Origin: a candidate division WOR-3 bacterium
GTDB taxonomy: Bacteria; Hydrothermota; Tepidihabitantia; SM23-42; JAOAFX01
Direction: 5' to 3'
Length of the DNA: 64,000 nt
NCBI GenBank assembly: GCA_037444665.1
Contig: JBBILZ010000006.1
Coordinates: forward strand, 56 to 64,055
A model generated the notes under the pieces. That model was not told the origin of the DNA. It searched no databases and saw only the letters and a list, made by a program, of their open reading frames with translations. Positions 36,547 through 46,464 of this stretch are shown here, piece by piece. A program made the position numbers and the translations under genes. Each line of letters begins with the position of its first letter. Position 1 is the stretch's first letter.

Positions 36547-37661
36547 ATGTTTAGAGTTCTCAAGAAAGACCAGAACACGATGGCACGTGTTGGTCTTTTG
36601 AAAACCAAATCTTTCTCTGTGACAACACCAAATTTTATGCCGGTTGCAACGCAGGGAACAGTAAAAACACTTTCACCATATGATTTAAAAAAGATTGGCG
36701 TAGAAATTATTGTGTGCAATACCTATCATCTGATGCAAAGGCCCGGAACTGCCCTGATAAAAAAGTTGGGAGGATTGCACAAATTTATTGGTTGGACAGG
36801 AGCAATTCTTACAGACTCAGGAGGGTTCCAGGCTTATTCTTTAAGTGAATTGAGAAAAGTAAATGATGATGCTTTAACATTCTCTTCGCATATAGATGGT
36901 TCTCGTATTACATTGAGCCCGGAAACAGCCATAGGAATACAAAGAGATTTAGGAACTGATATTGCAATGTGCCTTGATTTTTTTACACCCTATCCATCAG
37001 AATTTATTGAAGCAAGAATTGCCGTTGAAAGAACCGTAAAATGGGCAAAACAGAGTCTGAAGGTAAAAAAAAACCGCGTTTATTTGCGATTATACAGGGC
37101 GCGACATTCAAAGATTTACGCAGGGAATGTGCCCAGCGCCTTCTGGAATTAAAGTTCCCTGGTTATGGCATCGGTGGATTGATGATTGGTGAACCATCAA
37201 CCCTAACCATGGAAATGGTAAAAGAAACAAATCAGGTCATTCCTGAAAACAAGGTTCGCTATTTAATGGGATGTGGATATCCTGAAGATATTGTTGAGGC
37301 AGTAAGTCTTGGGGTTGACCTATTTGATTGTGTCTTACCCACCAGAAATGGTAGAACCGGTATGGCATTTACCTCAGAAGGAAAGATTATTATCAAGAGT
37401 AGCCGCTATGCCCAGGACAAAAGTCCTCTGGATAAGAACTGCCAATGTTATACCTGCCAGAATTTTTCCCGTGCTTATCTACGACATCTCTTTAATGCAG
37501 GCGAAGCGCTGGCTGGCAGACTGGTAAGCTATCACAATATCAAATTTTATATTGACCTTATGCACAAAATCCATTATTACATAAAAAGAGGCGAATACGA
37601 TAATTTTCTGCAAAAAACAAGGAAATTGTTTAACTTTCGTCAGGAAGGCAATAATGTTTAA
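36547..37661 (+). pseudogene. tgt: Queuine tRNA-ribosyltransferase (tgt), split by a 1-nt deficit in an A9 tract (37065-37073)
   Basis: ORF 36547-37152 carries DSGGFQ. ORF 37041-37661 continues ...KKKPRLFAIIQGATFKDLR...GYGIGGL with the Zn site (C..CYTC..H). The two frames join if the tract is A10. Confidence 0.8.
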
Positions 37662-37669
37662 CTTGCCTC

Positions 37670-37697
37670 TTGACATTCTTGTAATTATATATATAAT
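37670..37697 (+). promoter_or_regulatory. Promoter TTGACA-16-TATAAT for the pilMNOPQ operon
   Basis: TTGACAttcttgtaattatatataTAATAT region, followed by a leader with RBS AAAGGAG before 37773. Confidence 0.5.
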
Positions 37698-37766
37698 ATT
37701 AAAATTTAATTGGGGGAATTGCCCCGTGCGAAGTTTGTTAAATAATTTAGACAAAAAAGCAAAGGA

Positions 37767-38813
37767 GTGAATATGTTCGGGAAAAAGAAAAGAGTGATCG
37801 GTCTTGATATTGGATCAAGTCAAACAAAGATTGTTGAGCTTTCGCCAGGTAAAACTAAAAAACTTATTAATTATGGCATTTCAAAAATATTGCCAGATGC
37901 GATTGTAGAAGGTGAAATCATTGACCGGGAAGCGGTCCTTGATTCAATCAGAACACTGCTTGAATCCCGCAATATCACCACCAAGGATGTGGTAATTGGC
38001 CTTGCAGGAAGAGATGTGATTATTAAACGAATTGTAATGGACCGGCTTAGTGAAGCAGAAACGAGGGAGCACATAAAATGGGAAGCAGAACAGTATGTTC
38101 CTTTTGATATTCAAGAGGTAGAACTTGATTTTTATGTTATCAATCCAAACTTTGGCGAAAATCAACAAGAAATCGTTATTGTTGCGGCAAAAAAAGAATT
38201 GATCAATAATCTGACAACTTTACTAAAAGACCTGAATCTCAACCCGGTAATCATTGACACTGCCGCATTTGCCCTGCAGAATGCTTACGAATACAATTAT
38301 CAACCAAGCCCTGATGAATCCATTGGGTTATTGAATATCGGCGCGGGAATGACAATAATTAATGTAATAAAGGGTGGTAGTTCATTGTTGGCACGAGATG
38401 TGTACTATGGCGTGAACTCTTATATCAATAAATTACAAAAAGAGATCGGTTTTAATTACGAAGATGCCGCAAATGCAGTGAAAGGGACAATACCAGTAGG
38501 TGCTTCTCAGGATTCTATCCAGGGTGTATTTGAATCATTTGTGAATGACCTGAGCACCCAGATTGAAAGAAGTTTGCAGTTTCTTTCAACTGTAACCGGT
38601 GAAGAAAAGGTTAATAAGATGTTCATCACTGGTGGTGGTGCATTAATCCCAAATCTTGTTGAATATTTGAAACGCAGGTTAAATGTAAATGTTGAAGTCT
38701 TTAACCCGTTCAAAAATATTCTTTATGACCCCACAATATTCGCACCCGAAGGGGTTGATGTGATTGGTCCAATTTTAACCCAGGCAGTTGGTCTTGCATT
38801 AAGGGGGGACTAA
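37767..38813 (+). CDS. pilM: Type IV pilus assembly protein PilM
   Basis: Actin-like ATPase fold (IGLDIGSSQTKIVEL). Confidence 0.85.
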   Translation: MNMFGKKKRVIGLDIGSSQTKIVELSPGKTKKLINYGISKILPDAIVEGEIIDREAVLDSIRTLLESRNITTKDVVIGLAGRDVIIKRIVMDRLSEAETREHIKWEAEQYVPFDIQEVELDFYVINPNFGENQQEIVIVAAKKELINNLTTLLKDLNLNPVIIDTAAFALQNAYEYNYQPSPDESIGLLNIGAGMTIINVIKGGSSLLARDVYYGVNSYINKLQKEIGFNYEDAANAVKGTIPVGASQDSIQGVFESFVNDLSTQIERSLQFLSTVTGEEKVNKMFITGGGALIPNLVEYLKRRLNVNVEVFNPFKNILYDPTIFAPEGVDVIGPILTQAVGLALRGD

Positions 38814-39418
38814 TGATAAAAATAGATCTATCGCCAAGCCCTAAAAAGGGTAAGGCACCAAAAGCCAAACCTGCAAAACCCGGTGCACCTCCAATTAAGT
38901 TACCATCCATAAAATTAGGTGCTGTCTATATTCTGGGTATTGCAGTAGTTGTGGTTATAATCGCCATTTTGCTGATTATTCAATCCAGTAAAATTGGCGG
39001 GCTAAATCGTAATATTAACGAATTAAGGACACGGCTTGATGAATTAAAGGTTTATGTTGCTACTGTCGATAGTCTTAAAAAACGAGAAAAAGAATTGACC
39101 GCACTCATTTCACCGATTCGTGAACTGAATCAAAATCGTTTTTTAATTGCCCATATCCTTGACGAAATTTCAGCCCGCATTCCAGAATTCACCTGGCTAA
39201 CAATGTTAAATGTGACTTCCCAGAATATAAGTATAAAAGGTACGACTGCTTCAAATCTCCTGGTTGCTGATTTTATGAATCGACTTGAAGAATCTCCCTA
39301 CATCGCAAATGTTGACCTTACAGTTCTGGAAAAGAAGACGATTGAAAAACAAGAGATGATGGAATTTACCCTTACCGCAAATGTTAAGATAGATACAATA
39401 CAGGGAGGTAGCAAATGA
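38813..39418 (+). CDS. pilN: Type IV pilus assembly protein PilN
   Basis: Single TM segment plus coiled coil. Position and size are typical of PilN. Confidence 0.7.
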   Translation: MIKIDLSPSPKKGKAPKAKPAKPGAPPIKLPSIKLGAVYILGIAVVVVIIAILLIIQSSKIGGLNRNINELRTRLDELKVYVATVDSLKKREKELTALISPIRELNQNRFLIAHILDEISARIPEFTWLTMLNVTSQNISIKGTTASNLLVADFMNRLEESPYIANVDLTVLEKKTIEKQEMMEFTLTANVKIDTIQGGSK

Positions 39419-39987
39419 AATTAAAGGAACCTAAAACTCAGCAGACCATCGTATTTTTTGTGGTTTTAATTTTGGTGCTAATTCTGTTCTTCAGGTTTCC
39501 CTATACTTCAAATCAGCACAAAATAAAAAGTCTTGTAGCAAAAAAGGATTCATTACAGATAAAAGTTCAAGAGGCTGAAGCAGCAAAGGCACGTTTACCT
39601 GAATTACAGGCAAGAATTGCACGACTTGAAGCAGAATGGGAAATTGCCAAAGAAATGTTGCCGCAGGAAAAAGAAATCCCCAAATTAATTCAACAGATCT
39701 CTAATTCCGGAACAAAAGCAGGTGTAAGTTTTCTCCTGTTCAAACCGAGTGGTCCTGTTCCCAAGGCAAATTACTCAGAAATTCCAGTACAGATAAAAAT
39801 TGCATGCGGTTATCATCAACTGGGTAAATTCCTCTCTAATGTTGGAAACCTATCACGAATTGTAAATGTTCCGGCAATAAAGATTGCTCCAGGTAAGGAC
39901 CGCAGTACTGAAGCAGAATTGCAAACAATAACATACACAGTTGCAAAAAAACAGGAGGTGCCAAGTGGTGCTCCACGCCGTCGGTAG
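39415..39987 (+). CDS. pilO: Type IV pilus assembly protein PilO
   Basis: TM segment plus coiled coil. PilO-like C-terminal domain. Confidence 0.7.
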   Translation: MKLKEPKTQQTIVFFVVLILVLILFFRFPYTSNQHKIKSLVAKKDSLQIKVQEAEAAKARLPELQARIARLEAEWEIAKEMLPQEKEIPKLIQQISNSGTKAGVSFLLFKPSGPVPKANYSEIPVQIKIACGYHQLGKFLSNVGNLSRIVNVPAIKIAPGKDRSTEAELQTITYTVAKKQEVPSGAPRRR

Positions 39988-40363
39988 TATTCTTTCATTA
40001 CTTGTAATCTTCAATCAAGCACCCGCTGGTGATTCACTATTCCCCGTAGAAAAGTACAATTATGAAGCGGCAGGACGTAGAGATCCATTTGTACCTCTTC
40101 TTGGTCTGGAACTGGGTGGTGGTAAGACCGGACATCTCAGTCCCGAAAATCTCCGTCTCATTGGTGTGCTATGGGGCGACCGCGGTTATTATGCACTGGT
40201 AAAGGATGGACAGGATAATGGTTATATCTTGAAACGGGGAGATCGTGTTGCTGGTGGTCATGTGAGTGAAGTTAATCGCCAGGCAATAATATTTGAAATT
40301 ATGCATGCAGGTGTAGTAACAAAATATGAGTTAAGGCTTCAAGAGGAAAAAGAAAGGAGGTAG
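39941..40363 (+). CDS. pilP: Type IV pilus assembly protein PilP-like (the true start is probably downstream of 39941)
   Basis: RDPFVPL motif and a beta-rich C-terminus. The ORF overlaps pilO by 47 nt. Confidence 0.55.
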   Translation: MQKNRRCQVVLHAVGSILSLLVIFNQAPAGDSLFPVEKYNYEAAGRRDPFVPLLGLELGGGKTGHLSPENLRLIGVLWGDRGYYALVKDGQDNGYILKRGDRVAGGHVSEVNRQAIIFEIMHAGVVTKYELRLQEEKERR

Positions 40364-40366
40364 ATT

Positions 40367-41962
40367 ATGAGATTTTTGTTGACCATTCTCTCAATACTCT
40401 CTCTTTTGAACGGTGTAGTTATAAAAGATGTAATTGTAAAGTCTGAGGGAGTAAATACAAAATTAATTCTTGAAGCAGATGGTTCATTTATTGCCAATGC
40501 CTTCAGTCTTAAAGACCCGTCACGGATGGTTGTTGATTGTTCAGGTGTATCCAGCGACCTCGTAGGCAAAACATATGCAGTTAATGCTGGAGGTATAAAA
40601 CAAATATCTTTGACCGGGTTTGCGGGACAACCTGACCTGATTAGAGTAGTTGCACAATTAAATCAAGACTATTCTTTCCTAACCGCCACCGAAGGAAATA
40701 ATTTTGTAGTAACATTGCTCACCGGGCTCACTGCACCCATACCTCAGTGGCAGGCAGCGGTTGCCCAGGCAACAGCATCTGCTCCTACAGAAGCACCTCC
40801 GCCAGTGGTTCCTACCTCAAGACCGCCTGTGAGTATTACTGGACGCCCAATAAGCATTGACCTTGAGAACGCTGATATCTTAACTGTTTTAAGGGCGTTA
40901 TCTGAATATGCTGGTGTTAATATTGTTGCGGGCAAGGATGTAAAAGGAACAGTCACAGTAAGATTACATAATGTTCCCTGGCATCAGGCACTGGAAATTA
41001 TTCTGCGTGCTGCTGGCTTTGCATACCGTGAAGACCCGGGAGTGATCCGCGTTGACACCGCAGAAAACCTTGATAAACAGGATTTTGATTTACCACTCAT
41101 TTCAAATATTTATAAACTTGAATTTGCAAATCCCAGTGAGATGCTGAATAAAATTCAGGCAATGCTCTCGCCAAAAGGCAAGGCAAATGTTGATGAAAGA
41201 ACAAATTCCGTAGTGGTAACCGAAGTTGAACCCATTCATGATAAAATCAAACAGTTGGTAAAATTACTTGATACACCAACACCACAAGTAGAAATTATGG
41301 TAAAAGTGGTTGATGTGGATGCTTCACAGTCCCAGGGGCTCGGTATAAACTGGACTGTAAAGGGATTGGAAAGCAGACTGCTCCGTGCCGACCTAACAAG
41401 TAATCCCAGTCCTGCCATTGCCGGCTATGGTGTATTTAATATCGGTTCTGTTCCTTCTCTTGCCCAGGTATCAGCAACAATTAATCTACTTGAAGAAAAT
41501 GGCAAAGCCAACACAATCTCTGCTCCGCGCGTATCTGCAGTTGATAATAAGAGAGCATCAATCCTCGGTGGACAGCGCTTTGGTATACCAACCAGGGATA
41601 TGGCAGGAAATACCGTAATCCAGTTCTATACTGTGGGTACTAAACTTGAGGTAACACCGCACATAAATTCACTGGAAGAAATAACGATGGAAATCCATGC
41701 TGAAGTGAGTGAACTTGACCGTGCTTCAGCCCTTGCTGGCAGACCCATCATTACTACCTCAGAGGCAGATTCCAAAGTTCTCGTAAAAGATGGAAATACC
41801 GTAGTTATCGGTGGCTTTATTAGAAAAAAGGAAACCAAAAATGTCAAGGGAATACCAATTCTTAAGAGCATTCCAATTCTCGGTGCCCTGTTTAGAGAAA
41901 CAACCACAACCTATGAAGACCGGGAATTATTGATATTTATTACGCCGACAATAATCAAGTAA
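40367..41962 (+). CDS. pilQ: Type IV pilus secretin PilQ
   Basis: AMIN-like N-terminus, a secretin N-domain (GVNIVAGKDVKGTVTV) and a secretin C-domain (GIPILKSIPILGALF). Confidence 0.85.
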   Translation: MRFLLTILSILSLLNGVVIKDVIVKSEGVNTKLILEADGSFIANAFSLKDPSRMVVDCSGVSSDLVGKTYAVNAGGIKQISLTGFAGQPDLIRVVAQLNQDYSFLTATEGNNFVVTLLTGLTAPIPQWQAAVAQATASAPTEAPPPVVPTSRPPVSITGRPISIDLENADILTVLRALSEYAGVNIVAGKDVKGTVTVRLHNVPWHQALEIILRAAGFAYREDPGVIRVDTAENLDKQDFDLPLISNIYKLEFANPSEMLNKIQAMLSPKGKANVDERTNSVVVTEVEPIHDKIKQLVKLLDTPTPQVEIMVKVVDVDASQSQGLGINWTVKGLESRLLRADLTSNPSPAIAGYGVFNIGSVPSLAQVSATINLLEENGKANTISAPRVSAVDNKRASILGGQRFGIPTRDMAGNTVIQFYTVGTKLEVTPHINSLEEITMEIHAEVSELDRASALAGRPIITTSEADSKVLVKDGNTVVIGGFIRKKETKNVKGIPILKSIPILGALFRETTTTYEDRELLIFITPTIIK

Positions 41963-42000
41963 TAGGATTTTATATCGACTGAATAAAAAAGCAAATAACA

Positions 42001-42040
42001 ATTTCTGATAAACCCCGGGCACACAGTTGTGGTGTTCGGG
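42001..42040 (+). terminator. Putative rho-independent terminator after pilQ
   Basis: Stem aaccccg...cggggtt followed by tataaat. Confidence 0.4.
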
Positions 42041-42065
42041 GTTTATAAATATAAAGCACTGAACA

Positions 42066-42611
42066 ATGAAGATTATCAGTGGTTCTAACAAGGGCCAATA
42101 CCTCAAGGTCGCACGAAAAGGCATAAGACCAACAAAAGGAATTGTCCGCTCAGCAATATTTAATATATTGAGTAAACAAGTTAATAACGCCTGTGTGATT
42201 GATATTTTTGCCGGAACTGGTGCACTGGGCATTGAAGCACTATCCCGTGGTGCAAAATTCTGTATTTTTATTGAAAATCATCCATCAACCCTGATAAAAA
42301 ATATAAAGAAACTGAATCTTCAAACGAAAACAAAAATAATAAAAAAGGATTTTAGACCCGCATTAAAACAATTGCGTGAAACAAAATTTGATATCATCTT
42401 CATTGACCCACCCTATAAAAAAAATTATCTTGTTCAGGCTCTAAAATTACTTTGTTCTTATTCGCTTATTGCAAAAAATGGAGTTATCGTTGCTGAATAT
42501 TCCCATCACAATCCCCGGACAATCCCTTCCGAATATATCGTCCTTAAAGAAAAAAAATATGGTGATACATTTGTATCATTTCTAACATTAAAAGAAAACA
42601 GTAAGGAGTAA
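42066..42611 (+). CDS. rsmD: 16S rRNA (guanine966-N2)-methyltransferase RsmD
   Basis: DIFAGTGALGIEALSRGA and FIDPPY motifs. Confidence 0.85.
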   Translation: MKIISGSNKGQYLKVARKGIRPTKGIVRSAIFNILSKQVNNACVIDIFAGTGALGIEALSRGAKFCIFIENHPSTLIKNIKKLNLQTKTKIIKKDFRPALKQLRETKFDIIFIDPPYKKNYLVQALKLLCSYSLIAKNGVIVAEYSHHNPRTIPSEYIVLKEKKYGDTFVSFLTLKENSKE

Positions 42612-42615
42612 AAAA

Positions 42616-43098
42616 ATGAAAAAGGCAGTCTATGCTGGAACATTTGACCCGATTACTTATGGGCACATTGATGTCATTGAACGGGCAACAAAAATTTTTG
42701 ATAAAATAATTATCGGCGTGAGTGGAACTCCTAAAAAAACTTTTTTTACTCTTGATGAAAGAATATCTATGATAAAAACCATTTACCAAAATCATCCGAA
42801 GATTATTGTTCAGGGGTTTTCAACATTATTGGTAGATTTTGTTAAATCTGTTTCTGCTAAAACTATTATCCGTGGTATCAGAGCAGTATCTGATTTTGAT
42901 TATGAGTTTCAGCTCGCCTTAATGAACAGAAAATTAAATCCTGAAATTGATACACTTTTTCTAATGCCTTCAGAAAAATATATATTTATTAGTTCATCAC
43001 TGGTTAAGGAGATTGCTTATTTGGGTGGTGATATTTCAAAATTGGTGCCACCAGTAGTCAGCCGTAGTTTAGCAAAAAAATTACATCTCAGACCTTAA
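42616..43098 (+). CDS. coaD: Phosphopantetheine adenylyltransferase
   Basis: AVYAGTFDPITYGHIDVI. Confidence 0.9.
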   Translation: MKKAVYAGTFDPITYGHIDVIERATKIFDKIIIGVSGTPKKTFFTLDERISMIKTIYQNHPKIIVQGFSTLLVDFVKSVSAKTIIRGIRAVSDFDYEFQLALMNRKLNPEIDTLFLMPSEKYIFISSSLVKEIAYLGGDISKLVPPVVSRSLAKKLHLRP

Positions 43099-44725
43099 AA
43101 CTACGTTCAATAAACATATGCCGTTTTATCTTTTGCGTAGTTGTTTTTGGAAATTCTTCTTCTCTGATTTCATATTGTGTGATCTTCTTGTATGCGGGTA
43201 ATTTTTCATTAACTTTTTGTATTTCGTCTTTATATATTTTCCAAACATCATCTTCACTTAAAGTAATATTCTTTGAAATACTATATTGTTCAAGGAATTC
43301 ATAGTCAGGGAAAATTAAAGCACACACTTCTTCTTTTTTTGTTTTAGGGTCAATGCGGGGAACAACAAGCACCTCTTTAATCCATTCACTTTTTATTAAT
43401 TGTTCTTCAAGTTCTTCAGGATAAATATTTTTGCCGGTCTGGGTCACAATAACACTCTTTTTTCTGCCGGTAATATGAAGATAACCATCTGCATCAAAAT
43501 AGCCCAGGTCGCCCGTGTATAACCAACCATCTTTCAAAACTTCATCTGTTGCCTTCTTGTTATTATAATAACCAAGCATAATATTGGGTCCCCTTGCAAT
43601 AATTTCTCCAATCCCTTTTTCATCAGGCTGAGCAATTTTAATTTCAACCCCGGGTATGGGAAATCCAACTGATTGATTCATGGGTCTATTCATTGGATTA
43701 ACAGCGAGCACAGGAGAAGCTTCTGTCAAACCATATCCCTGGAGCACGGGTATACCAAAAAGTTCTAAACCATATATTACCTTTTCAGGTATTGCGGCTG
43801 CACCAGATACACAGAGCCTTAAATTATCCAAGCCCATCTCTTTTCGGACACGTGCAAAGAGCGGCCGTCGTAAGAATGGTAATACCGAACCGATTCCAGT
43901 TATTGTTGAAAAAATAACACGCGTGGGCAGTGTTGCACTGGCGATTTTCCTTTGCACTCCTGCAAGCAGTTTTTCAAAAAGTAGTGGAACTGCAATTAAA
44001 CAGGTAACCCCGGCTTCTTTAAAAGTTGTTAGCAGTTCATTTGGTTTCAAACTATTAGAATAATATATTGCTACACCACAGTAAAGTGGATATAGAAAAC
44101 CACAGGTTGCTTCAAAGGTATGGTGCATCGGAACAATTGAAACCATTGTATCACTGGGAAATAAAGGAATACACTGGCTAATGGAGCTAATGTTAGAAAT
44201 TATATTTTTATGGCTCAACATAACCGCCTTTGCTGTGCCAGTCGTGCCCGAAGTAAATATTAAAACTGCCAGGTCATCAGGACTCATTGGTCTTTCTGGA
44301 TATTGTTTATCAGATTTCAAGTCTTTGATTTCATTCATTCTGATTATCCATTTGAAATGTTTTAATTCACCTTTAATGCCTTCAATCTTATATAAATGGT
44401 TTTCTGAACAGATTACACCCCTCGCCTCACTCTCTCTGAGAATATGGAGTAATTCACCCTCAGAAAGCAGCGGGTCAAGTGGAACACAAACAAGCCCTGC
44501 TCGTAAAATAGCAAGGTATCCAATTGCCCATTCAGGACGATTCTCACCTAATACAGCAAATCGCTCACCTTTTTCTACACCCAATTTCTGTAAATAATCT
44601 TTCAATTGAATTACAGTATCCTTCAATTGTTGATAAGTGTATTGATTCAATCCTTTTTTCAGTGCCAGTTTATCTGGATAATTCTTTGCCGAATTTTCAA
44701 AAATTTCACCGATTGTTTCCAACAT
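43088..44725 (-). CDS. Long-chain-fatty-acid--CoA ligase (AMP-binding)
   Basis: FTSGTTGTAKAV and GYGLTE motifs. Confidence 0.8.
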   Translation of the reverse strand: MLETIGEIFENSAKNYPDKLALKKGLNQYTYQQLKDTVIQLKDYLQKLGVEKGERFAVLGENRPEWAIGYLAILRAGLVCVPLDPLLSEGELLHILRESEARGVICSENHLYKIEGIKGELKHFKWIIRMNEIKDLKSDKQYPERPMSPDDLAVLIFTSGTTGTAKAVMLSHKNIISNISSISQCIPLFPSDTMVSIVPMHHTFEATCGFLYPLYCGVAIYYSNSLKPNELLTTFKEAGVTCLIAVPLLFEKLLAGVQRKIASATLPTRVIFSTITGIGSVLPFLRRPLFARVRKEMGLDNLRLCVSGAAAIPEKVIYGLELFGIPVLQGYGLTEASPVLAVNPMNRPMNQSVGFPIPGVEIKIAQPDEKGIGEIIARGPNIMLGYYNNKKATDEVLKDGWLYTGDLGYFDADGYLHITGRKKSVIVTQTGKNIYPEELEEQLIKSEWIKEVLVVPRIDPKTKKEEVCALIFPDYEFLEQYSISKNITLSEDDVWKIYKDEIQKVNEKLPAYKKITQYEIREEEFPKTTTQKIKRHMFIERSFKV

Positions 44726-45110
44726 TGCCTCCTAACATTATGATATTGTCCTTCCCCTTTTTTATCAAAATCGGCACAAGTTCATCAACTTTATATTTTT
44801 CACGCAAAAGAAAGAATTCTATAAGCATTGGAAGGTTGACGCCACACAATATCTTTAATTCTTTATAGGTTTTCAACAAGTTTGAGCAAGATATCGCACA
44901 GCTACCACCAGGCAGGTCAACAAAAATTATTTTTTCTTGTTGATCATTAGTTATTGAGGATTTTAAAACTTCAACAATTGCCTCACAGGATAATTTTTCG
45001 TTGGAAAAGACTTCCACCATTTCCTGTTTTCCCAAAATCTTTTCTACGGCATTAAGCAATGAAAAAGCAAAATCGCCATGTCCTATTATAATTCCTTTAA
45101 TCATATTCAA
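44706..45110 (-). CDS. PTS EIIA component, mannose family
   Basis: IKGIIIGHGDFA (active-site His) and ...VDLPGGS...GVNLPMLIE. Confidence 0.7.
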   Translation of the reverse strand: MNMIKGIIIGHGDFAFSLLNAVEKILGKQEMVEVFSNEKLSCEAIVEVLKSSITNDQQEKIIFVDLPGGSCAISCSNLLKTYKELKILCGVNLPMLIEFFLLREKYKVDELVPILIKKGKDNIIMLGGNVGNNR

Positions 45111-45154
45111 ACCTCACTCCTTGAGAAATATTCATTATTTTCAGACTTCCTTTT

Positions 45155-46135
45155 CTATTCTATGTCATCATCAAAATATACACCGGGTAATTCTTTTTTG
45201 AAAATAACGCGCTTAAGTTCTTCGTTATATTCACGCGCCGCATTAATTCCTCTTAACCCCAGGAGATAATTCATTGCCACAACCTCAGCAATTACTGATA
45301 TATTTTTACCCGGTGTGAGTGGCAATTGAATATGAGGAATCTTAACCCCCAGAATTTCTTTTAACTTCTTTGTCAAACCGAGACGCTCATATTCTCCTTT
45401 TGTTTCCTCCCAGAACACTAGTTCAATTATTATTTCAATACGTTTGCGCAAACGAACTGCTTTAACCCCAAAGATTCTAAAAATATCCACAATCCCCACT
45501 CCCCGGATTTCCAGGTGATGTTTTAATTTCTTACTTTTTTCTGCACCAGTACCTATCAACACTTCACCGCGTCGGATAATTTTTACCAAATCATCTGCAA
45601 CAAGGCGGTGCCCCCTCTCTACTAGGTCAAGTGCACACTCACTCTTGCCAATGCCAGGCTCACCTAAAAATAGCACACCTACTCCATAGATATCCATTAA
45701 TGTTCCGTGCAAAAATATACTTGGTGCAAGTTTATAATCCAAATAATTTGACAGGGCGTGAATAAATGGCGTTGTTGACAGAGGGGTTTTTAATACCGGT
45801 ATCTTTCTCTTCTCTGCCTCTTTAATAATTTTTTTGTCAATCTTTAAATCTTTTGTCACAATAATACAGGGAGTTCCTAATTTCATAACCGTAGTGATTC
45901 TCTTTTCTTTTGTTTTTTCTTCCAGCGTCTTCAAATAAGATGTTTCAGTTTTACCAATAATCATTATCCGTTCACTCAAAAAATATCCTGTATAACCTGC
46001 CAGAGCAAGACCGGGACGGAAAATATCGCAACTTGTGATCTCTTTTTGTTGTAAATATTTTTCGCCACAGATAATTTTAAAAGAAAAATCATCCTTTTTC
46101 TCTTTGTATAAAGTAAGGGCGGTAATCTTATTCAT
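45155..46135 (-). CDS. hprK: HPr kinase/phosphorylase
   Basis: GVGVLFLGEPGIGKSECALDLVERGHRLVADD. Confidence 0.85.
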   Translation of the reverse strand: MNKITALTLYKEKKDDFSFKIICGEKYLQQKEITSCDIFRPGLALAGYTGYFLSERIMIIGKTETSYLKTLEEKTKEKRITTVMKLGTPCIIVTKDLKIDKKIIKEAEKRKIPVLKTPLSTTPFIHALSNYLDYKLAPSIFLHGTLMDIYGVGVLFLGEPGIGKSECALDLVERGHRLVADDLVKIIRRGEVLIGTGAEKSKKLKHHLEIRGVGIVDIFRIFGVKAVRLRKRIEIIIELVFWEETKGEYERLGLTKKLKEILGVKIPHIQLPLTPGKNISVIAEVVAMNYLLGLRGINAAREYNEELKRVIFKKELPGVYFDDDIE

Positions 46136-46137
46136 AT

Positions 46138-46455
46138 CTATACTCTTTTTGTTTTGGCAGCAATCCTTTTCCGTTCTTTAAATTTATCTTCGTACTTTTG
46201 CAATTGTCTTTCCGCCTTTCTTGTCACATCTATTATTCCCTGATAAATATCCTGAGTACTAACTTTACAGAGAACAGTAGAATGTTTTACCTGCAGGGTA
46301 AGTTCAACAATACTTATTGATTTATCTTTTTCCAGAATCAAATTACCATTTATAATGTGGTGCTCAAATCTTTTTAACTTTGCCAATTTTTTTCCGGCAA
46401 ATTCGGTCAAAGCATCGGTCAATTCAAAGTTCCTCGCCGAGATTGTTAAATTCAT
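46138..46455 (-). CDS. hpf: Ribosome hibernation promoting factor (HPF / RaiA family)
   Basis: MNLTISARNFELTDALTEFAGKKLAKL... matches the S30AE family. Confidence 0.8.
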   Translation of the reverse strand: MNLTISARNFELTDALTEFAGKKLAKLKRFEHHIINGNLILEKDKSISIVELTLQVKHSTVLCKVSTQDIYQGIIDVTRKAERQLQKYEDKFKERKRIAAKTKRV

Positions 46456-46464
46456 AACACCCCC

